From Guillardia theta CCMP2712 (Eukaryota > Protista > Cryptophyta): a DNA stretch of 64,000 nt. The stretch covers positions 256,270 through 320,269 of the forward strand of contig NW_005434640.1 in the NCBI RefSeq assembly GCF_000315625.1, written 5' to 3'. Below, in pieces: positions 30,271-45,147 of the stretch. Position 1 is the stretch's first letter. Every line of letters begins with the position of its first letter. The translations under genes and the position numbers were made by a program. The notes under the pieces are model-generated. The model saw nothing but the letters and a program-made list of their open reading frames with translations, was not told where the DNA came from and ran no database searches.

Positions 30271-31336
30271 TGAGATGAGATGAGATGAGTGAGATGAGAT
30301 GAGATGAGATTGAGATTGAGATTGAGATGGATTGGGATGGGATGGGATAAGATTGAGATTGGGATGAGATGGGATGGGATTTGATGAGATGAGATGAGAT
30401 GAGATGAGATGTGATTGAGATGAGATGAGATGAGATGGGATGTGATGGGATGGGATGGGATAGGCACATCTCGACATTTCTCACATCTCTAACAGCTTCC
30501 TCTCTTCCTCTTCTCTTCTCTTCTCTTCTCTTCTCTTCCTCTCTCCTTCCTCCTCCTTAGCGCTACTGTTAGCTCCTCCTACTGGCCGCCCCCGGCCCTC
30601 AGCCCGGCCCTCCTTGCATTTGAAATGGTTGGGGAGGAGGGGGGCAAATGCAACGAAGGCGACGGATGAGCGATGGAGGATAGGAAGAGAAGAATGCCGA
30701 AGATGTTGTCAAGGAGATGGTTGAAGGAGGGAGGGAGATGGGAGGGTAGAGGAGGGAGGGTAGAGGAGAAGTGTAGAGGAGGGAGGNNNNNNNNNNNNNN
30801 NNNNNNNNNNNNNNNNNNNNNNNNNNNNNNNNNNNNNNNNNNNNNNNNNNNNNNNNNNNNNNNNNNNNNNNNNNNNNNNNNNNNNNGAGGAGGAGGAGGA
30901 GAGGGAGGGACGGTGGTGGGTGGGTAGGAGGAGAGGAAGAATGAGGGCATCGAAGAAGTTGCAGATTAATTGTTGATGGTTAAGTGCAACTGAATATCTC
31001 ACTCGAAATCAATGTGCATAGCATTGCATGTTATAGCTCCAGGTAGATGCATTGTACATACAACAACTTTCTTGCTGCAGCATTTCGCTGGCAGATGCTG
31101 TTGAACTCTTTACTGTGAATAGTAATACTCCATGCCTCAATCTCTTGACACATTCCGAGCGATCAAAATTATCTCCTGCTGGTTTCAGAGCAAACGAACA
31201 ATTCTCGTTTTTTCAGAATATCAATCATGGAAGCTCGTCCTTCTTCATGGAAGCTCGTCCTACTTCATGGAAGCTCGTCCTACTTATTGTACATGGCAGC
31301 CCTCAAGGTCCCGCACAAAGACATCTTTTCATGCTC

Positions 31337-32975
31337 TCAGATCTTCTCTAGCGCCTGAGACAGATCGGCAATGAGCTCGTCCACCTGAAGGAAACCGTCA
31401 TCGCACAAGTCAAACTCGAACAGCTCTCACGTCCTCGATCCCAACGCTCAATCGCACGAGATCGTCCGACACTCCTCCTGCCAGCCTGCATGCCACAAGG
31501 GTCAGCGCAACTTCTTCAGCTCCCTCCTGCCCTCACCGAGCCTCAGGAGAGAGCTTGGCGTGCGTCATGGACGCGGGATGTTGTATCAGCGTCTCCACTC
31601 CTCCAAGGGAGACAGCGAGCACGCAAACCTTGAGCGAATCAAGAAACCTCTTTCCATCCTCAAGCCCTCCTCGCAGCCCGAAGCTCATCATGTTGCCGGG
31701 CCCCTTCATCATCCTCTTGCAGAGCTCGTGCTGGGGATGCGACGCAAGCCCAGGGTATCTGATCCACGCGATCTTGTCATGCTCCTCGAGGAACTTTGCA
31801 ATCTTCCATGCAGATTCTTGAGACTGCTTCACTCGTAGCGGTAGAGTCTTGAGGCCTCTGCGCACGAGGAAAGCTTGGTTGGGATCCATACAGCACCCGA
31901 GGCCAACCATGACCGGGCGAAGTTTCTTGTAGAGCTTCTCAGTCTTGGTGACGATCATCCCCGCCACCACATCAGCATGGCCGTTGAGCGACTTGGTAAG
32001 CGAGTGTAGAACAATGTCTGCTCCAGATCAAGAGGTTTCTGTAGGAATGGACTACAGAAGGTGTTGTCTACACAGACTGGGATGTCGTGCTGCCTTGCAA
32101 CCTCAGCCACTGCACTGATATCCGTCACCGTCACCGTGGGATTCGCTGGCGACTCAAGAAAAATCAGAACAGTGTTGTCCTTGATCGCGCTCCTGACTTC
32201 CTCTATCTTCGAAGTGTCTACGAAACTTGCCTGCACGCCGAACTTGGCGTACTGGTTCTCAAGCATGCTCCTGCTGGGGCCATAGCAGGTCTCATGGCAG
32301 ATGACGTGCTTTCCTGCTTCAAGAAACGACATGTAGACCGTGTTCACCGCTCCCATCCCCGAGGACGTTGCGATACCATCGAAGCCGTTCTCGAGCATGG
32401 CGATGGTTTTTTCCAGCTCCCTCACGGTCGGGTTGTTGATCCTCGTGTATATGAAGTCGTCGTTGGCGCCCGCAAAGCACTGAGCTCCGTGATCAGCCGA
32501 TTCGAACCGGAAGGTTGACGTCTGATAGATGGGGAAGGTGACACTGCCGAACTGATCCTTCATCGAGGACCCATGAACGACATGCGTGTCGAACCCCTTG
32601 TCGGGCTCCATCCAACCTGAGTGCTCGTCCGCTGCCATGCTCTTGCTACCATGCTCCTCTGCTCCAGGATGCTTCTGGGAGAATGCCGACTTGAGCGACT
32701 TGCCGTTGACATCGACAGACTTGATCATGCCAAAGTTGGTGTGGATGCCGAATCGGAGGTGACGACCAGTTGGAGAACTCGTAGACTGAGCTCTCAAGAT
32801 GCTCCAGGGATGCGAGGGAGGTGCCATGAAACCTGCGCCATGTTCATCACAATCTATTCTTGCAAGAAATCTTTTCCTTACCTTGGAGTGCGTTGGCGCT
32901 TTCAGAGTGATAGCAGGCAGCGAAGCTAGCTTGCATAGCGATCATGCTGCACGAGAGCAAGGAAGAAAGCACCAT
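31337..32975 (-). CDS. PLP-dependent methionine/cystathionine gamma-lyase family enzyme; one-base frame break at ~32024
   Basis: Motifs PIYQTSTF, YTRINNPT, SSGMGA, ESPANPT, VDNTF, HSLTK (PLP lysine, after the frame break), AVSLGGVETLIQHPASMTH and LVRLSVGIED. Confidence 0.92.
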
Positions 32976-33239
32976 AGTCCGATGTCCCTGCTCCTTACTA
33001 CTCCTCGACACACGCATGCCGCCTTGTCTCTGCAACAGATCCCTGCCCCCCTTTTAGAGACCCATCTGAAAGGTAGGGGATATCACCCCTACCACTCATA
33101 TTATCACAGAATATCCTTCAAATGAGGGGTAATGTCAATTAAAGTACCCACCCCATCGAAGTTTGTGCTGATGAGGTGCAACAGGCCCAGATATGATAGG
33201 CGGCCGGGCGCAAGTAAAAACTGTAAAACCGAGAGACCC

Positions 33240-35132
33240 TCATCCCCCCCCCCCCCACAGGGGGATCAGCACGCACGGGCTCTGAAGCGCAGCCTCGCAG
33301 AGGGGATGGAGTAAAGCGCGTATTTCCGTGTCTGACTTGAAGCTCGTGGAGAAGAGCGTCTCCTGTAGGCTTGAGATCTTTTTCCAGAGGTAGTAGCTGT
33401 CGTTAGCAAGGAGGAAGACCTCGAGCTCTCCAGTCACACAGCCTGCTGATTCGAGGATGAACACAATCGACTTCGATTCCTCACCATCCTCTTCGCCCCT
33501 GCGGTTGGTGTATCCCTTCCTCAGCNNNNNNNNNNNNNNNNNNNNNNNNNNNNNNNNNNNNNNNNNNNNNNNNNNNNNNNNNNNNNNNNNNNNNNNNNNN
33601 NNNNNNNNNNNNNNNNNNNNNNNNNNNNNNNNNNNNNNNNNNNNNNNNNNNNNNNNNNNNNNNNNNNNNNNNNNNNNNNNNNNNNNNNNNNNNNNNNNNN
33701 NNNNNNNNNNNNNNNNNNNNNNNNNNNNNNNNNNNNNNNNNNNNNNNNNNNNNNNNNNNNNNNNNNNNNNNNNNNNNNNNNNNNNNNNNNNNNNNNNNNN
33801 NNNNNNNNNNNNNNNNNNNNNNNNNNNNNNNNNNNNNNNNNNNNNNNNNNNNNNNNNNNNNNNNNNNNNNNNNNNNNNNNNNNNNNNNNNNNNNNNNNNN
33901 NNNNNNNNNNNNNNNNNNNNNNNNNNNNNNNNNNNNNNNNNNNNNNNNNNNNNNNNNNNNNNNNNNNNNNNNNNNNNNNNNNNNNNNNNNNNNNNNNNNN
34001 NNNNNNNNNNNNNNNNNNNNNNNNNTCCTCCTCATGCTCCTCATCCTGATGCTGTCCTCGTCCTCTCCTCCTCCTCCTCCTCCTCCTCCTCCGCATCCTC
34101 CTCCTCGTCCTACTCCTCCTCCTCCTCCTCCTCCTCCTCCTCCTCCTCCTCCTCCTCCTCCTCCTCCTCCTCCGCCGCCGCTGCCGCCGCCGCCACCTCC
34201 TCCTCCTCCGCCGCCGCCTGCTGCTTCTGTTTGTCCGTTGCCTCCTTTTGTTCCGCCGGTTTCCTGACTTCCTGCTGTCCTGACAAAAATTCTCTGCACG
34301 TAACCGAGAGGGGCGAAACGCTGGAAGTACGAGGGCTGAGGAGATTTCAGTGCAGGGACGACATACAACCCACGAGCGACGGCGAAGGGCTTGAAGACTT
34401 CATCCGCAGTGGCTCCGGCGATGGCTTCGTTCGCCAAGTTTGACACGGGGTTGCTACCCGCCTTGGGCATGAACATGTTCACTCGCTTCGCCTTGGCCGT
34501 GAGGCGCTGGAGCGCTTGCTCGTCCTCCTGCTGCTGAGTGTCCATATCAGCAGCTCGTTCAGCAGGCAGCAAGCAGGAGCAGCACAGTCACACACAAGTA
34601 CCAGTTCAAGCTTGCTGTGCGGTCGTCGGAAACCCAGGGAATGAAACAGGTCTTCAACTCCTTGCAAGTCGTGTCAGCGAACTCTCTCGAACCTCAAACG
34701 CGAAACCTTTCCTCCGCCTGCTCAATCAAAGGTCATAATCGTGACAGCAGAGGGAGAGACAAGTCAGACCTGTAGCCGCTGATTCCGTTTCGCTTCCCTC
34801 CATCACTCTGGTGCACAGGTCAAAGACAGCTCGCATGTCAAACGTGTTGGCACCGGGCGCTGATGGTCTGGTTCCATCTTGCCTCTACGGGTGAGAAACA
34901 ACTGCAAAGCCATGCGCTCAACAAATCATGTGACATTGAATTCATGTAAATCATCTACGTTGTGTATGAAGACTTGGTATCGCCTGTCAGTTGGAGTACG
35001 CAACGCAAAGCTCTTGTGGGTTGTGGGATGAAAGAGGCTGCGAACATTTTCATCGCTGCCAGATTTCCATGGTTGAGCAGAGCAGCAACAAGCCATCAAA
35101 GCAAACAGGATGAGACGACGAAAGGAGATCAT
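33240..35132 (-). CDS. Hypothetical protein with signal peptide, spans an N gap
   Basis: Signal-like start MISFRRLILFALMACCCSAQP, followed by several exons. Confidence 0.5.
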
Positions 35133-36421
35133 TGTGACCGACTCTGAGGCACTGCTTCTTACAACTCTCAGATTCCTCATTTCAAGTCAGAGGTGCAATG
35201 AAAGCTGATGACTGTAGCGCCGCTCTAGTTGTGACGTCTCATTGCGTTCTCATGGCTTTCACTTGCAAGCACGTCTTCGAGTCACAGTATCGGCTGGCAA
35301 GTGCAGGCACTTTCACTTGAGATCAGCCTGTGTAGTGCTCCAGATTCTGGCAACCAGCTGTCGGCTTCAAGTTGGCCGCAATATCATGATCACTGACCCT
35401 TCACCAGGTCGCTTCTAATGCGGCTCAATCATCCCATACCGTACTGACTCGGGCCTTGTAGCAACTTCCAAGCCTTACTATGCCGCTGCCGCATGGAATG
35501 ATGCAAGCCCGGCCATGGCCAGTGCTCAGCAGCTGCTGTTGCTTCATCATGGAATACTTGTGCGATCACATTCAATCATCATGTGTGCAAGAGCATTCAT
35601 GCCATCGCCAGACTCTTGTCGACCACCATGAAGCCCCGAATTTGCCACTTATAGCCGCTGGTAGATCCTCGATGCAAGGTGGGTAGGGTACAAAAAGTAG
35701 GGTACGTTCTACCATAATTTGAAGGGGTAGTCAGATAATATTTGTATGACTGAGGGTGGGGTGGTGGGAGAAATTTCAAGCTCGCCCCAGTACATTGAAC
35801 ATTGAATTCCAGGTGACCCTTCGGAGATTTCTGGAAGGGGGCCTCCACATGTTACAATTTGAAACTCAGTTTTACAACAAATATTTACATTTCAAATTTA
35901 CTCGAATATATTGGCATCAGTTTAGTAAAAAATGAAAATCTTCAACATCTTTGAAAATGTATGTAGTCCTCAATTACACCAACTACCCCCAAACTACCTC
36001 TGACCACCCCCTGTTTCCTACACATGACCACCCCCATCTTGTCTCCCCCACCCCTTGCCCCAAATTAGGGTGCATACCCCTCCGACGTCCTCTCCTGCTA
36101 TCCCTACCCTTCCGGTCCTTCTCCTCCTCGTCCTCGTCCTCCTCCTCATCTCCTCCAGACGTCTTTGACCTCGAATCCCCTCGCTTTTGCCTCTTGGGAC
36201 CCCTAGATCGACTCTTCCCTCCTGCTCCCAGTCTCGTCCCATTCCCTTTTCTTTCACCCTCAACTTCGTAAGCATTGGATAGTTCTACCCATCGTCGAGC
36301 CTTGGGGCCTCCAACCCCAGCTGCTGGGTCTGACCTTAGAGCGAGGTGGGTACCCCTCAAGGGCTACTTCGCTCCTGGAGAAGGACCCGTAGGGGAAGGC
36401 GAACAGCACGCGGCGGAACCG

Positions 36422-38649
<2,228 letters not shown>

Positions 38650-38943
38650 CTGAATTTTGATGATCTCATTAACTTGCCGAGGTCCCTTCCATTAGATGTT
38701 CTGTAGAACCAGAACGGCATCCTTCATCCTACTAGTCTGTACCTGAGGAAATAGCATCATACCCCTCCTCCTCCTCCTCCTCCTCNNNNNNNNNNNNNNN
38801 NNNNNNNNNNNNNNNNNNNNNNNNNNNNNNNNNNNNNNNNNNNNNNNNNNNNNNNNNNNNNNNNNNNNNNNNNNNNNNNNNNNNNCCTCCTCCTCCTCCT
38901 CCTCCTCCTCCTCCTCCTCAGGATAGTCTACACCACAGAAACC

Positions 38944-39567
38944 TTAACATCGCATGTCTTGCACGAACCTCTGGGCTTCTCCGAATGTCCTTCGAGTGGG
39001 GTCGGGTCGCCCGGCCGGTCCGCCTCGCCCCCCTCCCCCCTCCCGCCCCCCTCCCCCTGGCCCGAACGCAGATCTCCCTCCTCCTCCTGGTGTCTGGTAC
39101 CTCTTCTTCTCCAGCGCCTCACACTCTGCTATGTGCTTCCCCGTCAGCTCCACCAGCTGCACGTGCGCATCCAGGTCGTCCCTGCTCAGCAGGGACGCCT
39201 TGCCCTTCGCTCGGAGGCTCTCCTCTTTCGCCATCTGCCTCTCCTCCGCCGACAGCTCGTTCTGCATCGCCTTGTGGGTCTCGTGTACATTCCTCAGCAG
39301 CTCCCTGATCTTGGAGGACAGGACCACAGCCTGCCTCCCTCCCGACCCCCCCGAGGCTTCCAGAAGGTCGTCCCTTTCCCCGATCATCTTGCGGATCTCC
39401 GAGACCTGGCGAGCAGCGAGCTTCTTCAGCCGAGTGAACTCATCCATCTCCTCTGGCTCCTGCTGCGATCTCTGCTCCGGCGACAGCTCCTCCGCCATGA
39501 CCACTAACCTGTCGATCAGAGCGCCGAGGTCGTTCTCCTTCCTCCCGTAACTCCCCTTCCGAGACAT
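38944..39567 (-). CDS. SYP7-like syntaxin N-terminal helical region; SNARE motif and TM anchor not visible
   Basis: Pattern LIDRL...DEFTRL...AVVLSSKIR...LSRDDLDAHVQLV resembles the SYP71-family N-terminus from memory. Confidence 0.5.
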   Translation of the reverse strand: MSRKGSYGRKENDLGALIDRLVVMAEELSPEQRSQQEPEEMDEFTRLKKLAARQVSEIRKMIGERDDLLEASGGSGGRQAVVLSSKIRELLRNVHETHKAMQNELSAEERQMAKEESLRAKGKASLLSRDDLDAHVQLVELTGKHIAECEALEKKRYQTPGGGGRSAFGPGGGGREGGGGRGGPAGRPDPTRRTFGEAQRFVQDMRC

Positions 39568-41503
39568 GCTGGCGATCGATCCCGATGGCCCTCAATCGCA
39601 CACAACTGACAAGACAACAGCTGCAAGCTCCTACAGCAAACGTGGAGCAGCAACAAGCAAGAGGACGGTTCTTATTCTTCCCGCTGACGACGCGACTGCA
39701 CGTTCATCGTCCTGCTGCAGGCAGGAAACGTTACAAATACTCCCCACTACCAACATAGGATAATGAAACAACACCAATATCATGATTTAGTTCCAATCAA
39801 GCAGATAACTCTTGCAGCAACACTCGAGACTCTCGACTCTTGTCCTGAATCCAGCAAAACCTCTCCAAAGATCTATCTCAACAATATGTGACGGAATCCT
39901 TCTCACAAACCACAGGAACATTACACGCTCACTAGTTCTGACAGTCTACGTGACATCCATACTTTTTTATTCTTCTGAAATGCCAAGTTGTTTGTTCTGT
40001 GAACAGAGCAGCCTCGATTGCACAACCTATCCCCTGGTTGGCCCCATTCAACAGTCTCTCCGTTCTACTTGTCTTGAATGTCCCGACATTCCCTCATCCT
40101 CTACCACACAAGAACTACCAGATCTGTTCATATCTTCATCAATCAACCTCTCTTCACGCCTCTGATGTTCCTGCCTCTCACTCAACTTCCATGATCAACT
40201 CCGCCGCTGTCAGTCCTGCCCTGCCATAGCTCCGCCCACATCTACGCCAGTGCTCCCACCCACCGACACCCCTTGTACTTTACTTATGTTTCGTACAAAT
40301 TTGGTAGAATGGTTATCATGGTACATATTTCATTACCATGTTGCTCTTTTAAATTTTAAAAATGAATTACAACTTTGAGTTATTTAACCACCCCTAGCTA
40401 TTCGCCAAACAGGGGGAAAAGGGGACCCCACCCACACTATCATGGAGTTTTCCTGCACCCCAAATCAGCATTGAAGTACCCCTGCTTATAGCGTACAAGT
40501 GATAATACCACCGGTACAGAAACAGGAATACCCCGTTTCTTTACAATCAAGTACCCCACCTTTATAGAGGCTTATCACTTGTCCTGTCTGAATAATCCCA
40601 CCACTCTGTGCGGCATTGTACCTACTTACTCGAGTACCCCACCGAAGCTCAACACCACCCCCTAGTCCTGTATCACCTACGCCCCGAGCCGCCGGGCCGG
40701 TGGTGATTGAAACTTCCGATCAACTTGCAAGGCCCGGCCCTTCCGACTGAGTCGGGTGACTCAAAGTTCTGCCGAAGTAATCAAGATCGGCGTGGCACAA
40801 CCGTTGACTTGAGCGCAGGGGGGCAGTGACTCCTCTACCGTACCGTGTCAAAGTAAAGTCGATGCGGCCCGGCCTGCCGCTGGATCGGGCACGGCCCGGA
40901 CGGTGCCCGCCCGGTGGCCGCGATCCACCCGGTCACCGACGGTTCCCCGGCACTGTAGACAGGCGGCGGCCTGACAGACAAGTCACTCAAGTTACTCCGG
41001 CGGCACTCCGCCAGGCCCTGAGGGTGGTTGACTGTACGGTCCAGTCCCTGGCCATACCGGCATCACGCTGAGGGTCATACTACATACTACATGACAGTGA
41101 TACACGGCACTCCGTGTACAACGGCTGATCGGCCGGGCGGCCCGGCAGCCCAGGAGTCTCAGCCGTTGAGGCGTCATGTCATGATCCTTTGTCATACAAT
41201 CCGATCATCATTAATTTGCATCTTGCTTCTTGAAGTTCTGCAAAAACACTTTCAGTTAGAAAGTTTTCACGAATGACAAAATTGACAGCGGTGAGCCGTC
41301 AAGCCTGAAACCGTGACTAGTATCAGCATTGAAAGCCGACATTGATACGAAGTCTATGGTGCTGCATGTAGTTTCCTCACATCATATCAATTTCCAAAGA
41401 TTACGTCAATCTTTTGAGGATGTTTCCCTTTTATTGGTATGCACTTAAAGATCAGAAAGAATAATTACATTCAGAAAATGCCCTCACGAAAGCTATACAG
41501 GTA

Positions 41504-41818
41504 TCATGCACTGGCATTGCGCTCTCTCACTGTTCGTATCCGAAGAGCTCTTGCCTGGCACGGCAGCTCCCGACCGTCGATTGACCCTCCATTCACCATC
41601 TGCTCCCGTTCAATATACGCGATGGCTCTTGCGAGCATCGTTAGGCGCTTCCTGTTGTAGCCTGAGAACCGTGAGAAGACCTGGGCATCGATGCCGAAAG
41701 GAACAGGAGAAGTCCTTGGCTCTGCTGCAGCCGGTTCAGCTTCATGTGAGTCGGATCTGTTGGAGGGGGCAAGAGGATCAGCGCGGGAGGCTTGCGGAGC
41801 TGGTTCAGTGTTCTGCAT
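41504..41818 (-). CDS. Microprotein family, diverged type C (104 aa)
   Basis: FGIDAQVFSRFSGYNRKRLTMLARAIAYIEREQMVNGGSIDGRELPCQARALR. Differences from type A are mostly synonymous. TATAAA lies on the minus strand at 41851-41856. Confidence 0.75.
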   Translation of the reverse strand: MQNTEPAPQASRADPLAPSNRSDSHEAEPAAAEPRTSPVPFGIDAQVFSRFSGYNRKRLTMLARAIAYIEREQMVNGGSIDGRELPCQARALRIRTVRERNASA

Positions 41819-42269
41819 GCTGTGGGTGGTTGAGAGATTGTGAAGGCAAGTTTATACGGTGCGTCGCGGAGATCGAATCCGAATCTTGTAGTAAACATCT
41901 GTCATCAATCTTTTGAACGATTTACTTATCACAACGTTTCATCAATTTCGTGATGTAAAACTGTCAGCAGCTTGGCTGAAACATGGCTATGCCTTTTTAC
42001 TTCAGGGAAATCTATACACCGCCAAGAAGTTGCTGACAATGCAGACCGCTCGCAGCCATGTCGGACTCGTGACAGTGTATGGTTCCGAAAGCAGAACGTT
42101 GGGGTTTTGAGCTGCACGGGACCCACCGAGGCCGTCATGGTAACGTGATGTCAGCTTCCTTCCATTAGAGCTGAGGCAGCAAACATTCGATCTATATACC
42201 GAGTTGCTGCCGCGCCATTGCGGTCGAGAGCCTGCCTCATCGAAATTCCGGCCGGACTGCTGAAGGATA

Positions 42270-43524
42270 ATGCAGGTAGCGCCGAGCAACGAGGGCAAGC
42301 AGGGAGGGAGTAGGGACCCGATGCTCGCTCCCTCGGTATCCGACAGCGTATTCACTATCTACTCCTTTTTTGCAGCATTTTCCCTCCTGCTCTCATGCCC
42401 ATTCAAGCTCCTCCTCAACATCATCGGCAGCAAACCCCGTGTCCAGCTGCGAAACATGGAAGGGAAGACCGTCATTGTGACGGGCGCCAATGCTGGCATC
42501 GGAAAGACTACGGCAGCATCTCTCTATGCCAATGGAGCATGTGTCATAATGGCATGTAGATCGTTGCAACGCGGAGAGGCAGCCAGGCAGGAAATCGAAG
42601 CGATGTTGGCATCACCCGAGAGCAGCCGCAAGCAACTTTGGATTCATTCAGACCGACCTCACCCGGGAAAGCTTTTGGTCAGGGAGCTCGATGTTTCGGA
42701 TCTCGAATCAGTGAAACGTTTCGCAATCTCCATTGTCAAGGAATTCTCCAAGATCGACGTCTTGGTGAACAACGCTGGTATTAATGGAATGGGAACCGAT
42801 ATACCGTCCAAGACTCCACAAGGAATCCCTTTCATCTTCGGCACCAACTTCGTTGGTCACTTCCTCCTTACACGCCTCCTTCATCCCAACCTGTCGAAGT
42901 CGGGAGGAGGCAGGATTGTGAACCTGTCCTCCGTCATGCATCACTGGGGATCGAAAGATGTGTCCAAAGCTGTTTCCTCAGGGAAGTACCCGAGACAATA
43001 TCAGAACTCCAAGTTGGCCATGGTACACCTGACTGCTGAGCTACAACGTCAGTATGCCGAGACAAGAGTCTCTTCCGTCGCTGTGAACCCAGGCTTCGTT
43101 GCAAGCGACATCTGGAGGGGAATACGCCCAGACTCGCTCGTTGGACGAATGTTCAGGCTAGCCATGGCCGTGCTTGCACTCGACACGAAGCAAGGTGCTG
43201 CTACCTCCGTCGCTGCAGCCTGCATGTCAGATGAGGAGATATGCGGCTCGAAAGTTCCCCTTTACCTTGTGCCATATTGGGTGCCGTCGTTCGCAAGGCT
43301 GCCGTTCGAAATGATGGGCGTGTTTACGGGTAGGTAGAATGTTTTGAGGTATTGCCGAGTTCACTTTTCATCCTTTCAGGTGTGCACTCTTGTCCACCAC
43401 GTGTTTCAAAGAATGAAAGTAAGTCATCTCAAGATTTGTGCATGGAGTGACAATGAGTGCAGAGCAAATTTCCATGGAGCTTTGGAAGGAATGTACAAAG
43501 CTGTGCGCAGGTTACTTGGAGTGA
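42270..43524 (+). CDS. Short-chain dehydrogenase/reductase, retinol dehydrogenase (RDH11-14)-like
   Basis: VTGANAGIG, MACRS, LVNNAG, NFVGHF, RIVNLSS, YQNSK and VNPGFVAS, plus two small 3' exons. Confidence 0.92.
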
Positions 43525-44254
43525 AATGTACCTGATTGAAACCGAAAGCTATTTTTTCCTCAGAGGAAGAGTAGAACTCAATTGGATTAGTTACGATGTT
43601 GTTGCAATTCGTCCCATCGAAAGAATATATAACCGATTTCTTGGTGAAATCCGAAAATCATATTGCAGATGTCCGATCAATTTCAATACTATGCGCAAAT
43701 TCACTTCAAATCCAATACAACCAAAGTATAACCAGTACAGATGGTTATACATCAAAATGACACGAAGAAAGTACATACTCTCAGTATAATGTGCGTCGAG
43801 AAACGATCTCCATCTAAATGAGGAAAAAACACAATAAATTTCATGTCACGATTCACTCCGTATGCATGTTGTTTAAGGAGAAAAAAAGAGACGAAAGGCA
43901 TTGTTATAGATGAGACAGTGAGAATAGATGAAACTGCTCACAGCATGATAGATCCTCGACGAGTTTCCTTGTATCCATACCATCTATTCGCTGTTGAATT
44001 GTACGATATAATGTGCCTCAGTGACAAAATCGCGTGCATTCATCGTGACGCTAAAACGGACGTAGCACAACTGAGATCTTCCTGATTGAAAAAACTTCTG
44101 AAATCAATCAGCTTTTCACAGCCCCATCCAAGATATGCATCACACGTTGCGATCGTCGTGCAACCGACCAGAAAAGTGATAGTCCACGTTTCTTTATATA
44201 CAGCAACATCCTTCAAATACTACTATACAACAAGTACATTCCTGGCGCTTGCGC

Positions 44255-44530
44255 TCACGCTCTGAGCTTCCTGAGCGCCCTCGCCTGGCATGGCAGCTCC
44301 CGCCCGTCTACCGAGCCCCCCGCCGCTTGCTGCTCCCGCTCGATGTACGCGATGGCGCCCGCAAGGCACGCCAGCCGCTTCCTGGCGCCCGCCGAGAAGC
44401 GAGAGTACACCCGCTCGTCCATGCCGAAAGGCGCCGCGGCGCCCGACTTGCTGCCAGCAGCGTCGCGGGAGATGGGGGAGGAGGAGAGGGAGGGTCTGGA
44501 GGCGGGATGATCGTCGCACGTGGGCTGCAT
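44255..44530 (-). CDS. Microprotein type A, copy 1 (91 aa)
   Basis: MQPTCDDHP..FGMDERVYSRFSAGARKRLACLAGAIAYIEREQQAAGGSVDGRELPCQARALRKLRA. Confidence 0.75.
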   Translation of the reverse strand: MQPTCDDHPASRPSLSSSPISRDAAGSKSGAAAPFGMDERVYSRFSAGARKRLACLAGAIAYIEREQQAAGGSVDGRELPCQARALRKLRA

Positions 44531-45117
44531 GGCGGAGGTTGATGGGGAAAGAGAGTTGGAGGCGGGGGAGACGCGGTGGGAATATATACTCCGAGGTCAC
44601 GGAGGGAGGGGCCGAGATTGACCGGCAGGGTCTGCGAAACGATGCGAGATTAGCGTGAGGGTCACGATATCCGCATGGCAGGCCAAGGCTTGATGAGGTG
44701 CCCCGCGTGACCTGATGACAGGCGAGGGAGACGGAGGGTGGGTGTTCACGTTGGTTGGGACGAAACAGCTTTTTGAGGAGCCCAAACGATGCGTATCTGG
44801 AGATGTATCACGCGTACCCCATGGCCTCATGACAACTCCTTCAGCTCCTTCGCGTCGCCTACTCTCTCAGATACGCTATCTTGATCCTGTTGCCGATGGC
44901 GCACAGCGCTACTTCATCTGTCCCATCATCCTGCGACTCAGAGCCACGAACCAGCGATGGCTTCCCTACTCGGGATGAAGGGCTTCTGTCACGCCTCTCG
45001 CCACAGAGAAGGAAGAGGCTGGCGTGCCTTGCGGGCGCCATCGCGTACATCGAGCGAGAGCAGCAAGCCGCGGGGGGCTCGGTAGACGGGCGGGAGCTGC
45101 CATGCCAGGCGAGGGCG
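44276..45117. repeat. 108-bp inverted repeats (44276-44383 and 45010-45117) flanking a 626-bp core
   Basis: The arms differ at 3 positions, all synonymous in the microprotein frame. Confidence 0.9.
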
Positions 45118-45147
45118 GTGAGATGCCATGCCATGCCAGGGCGGTGA
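44896..45147 (+). CDS. Microprotein type B, copy 1 (83 aa, tail AVRCHAMPGR)
   Basis: MAHSATSSVPSSCDSEPR..DEGLLSRLSPQRRKRLACLAGAIAYIERE.. Confidence 0.7.
   Translation: MAHSATSSVPSSCDSEPRTSDGFPTRDEGLLSRLSPQRRKRLACLAGAIAYIEREQQAAGGSVDGRELPCQARAVRCHAMPGR

Noticed and set aside
31225-31285. Three copies of a 20-bp repeat TCATGGAAGCTCGTCCT(T/A)CT
   Set aside because: A short local slippage duplication with no evidence of function.
32015-32035. Programmed -1 frameshifting shared by the breaks at ~9372, ~32024 and ~49090
   Set aside because: No shared slippery heptamer or structure. All three are fixed by one extra base in a short homopolymer, which is typical of sequencing under-calls.
44715-44978. 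ORF MTGEGDGG../MTTPSAPS.. and other ORFs overlapping the cassette
   Set aside because: They recur only because the DNA is duplicated. Synonymous-site conservation supports only the RKRL..AIAYIERE frame.
44255-45147. Divergent cryptophyte phycobiliprotein alpha-subunit gene pair
   Set aside because: No signal, transit or Tat leader and no FD.RGC-type chromophore motif.
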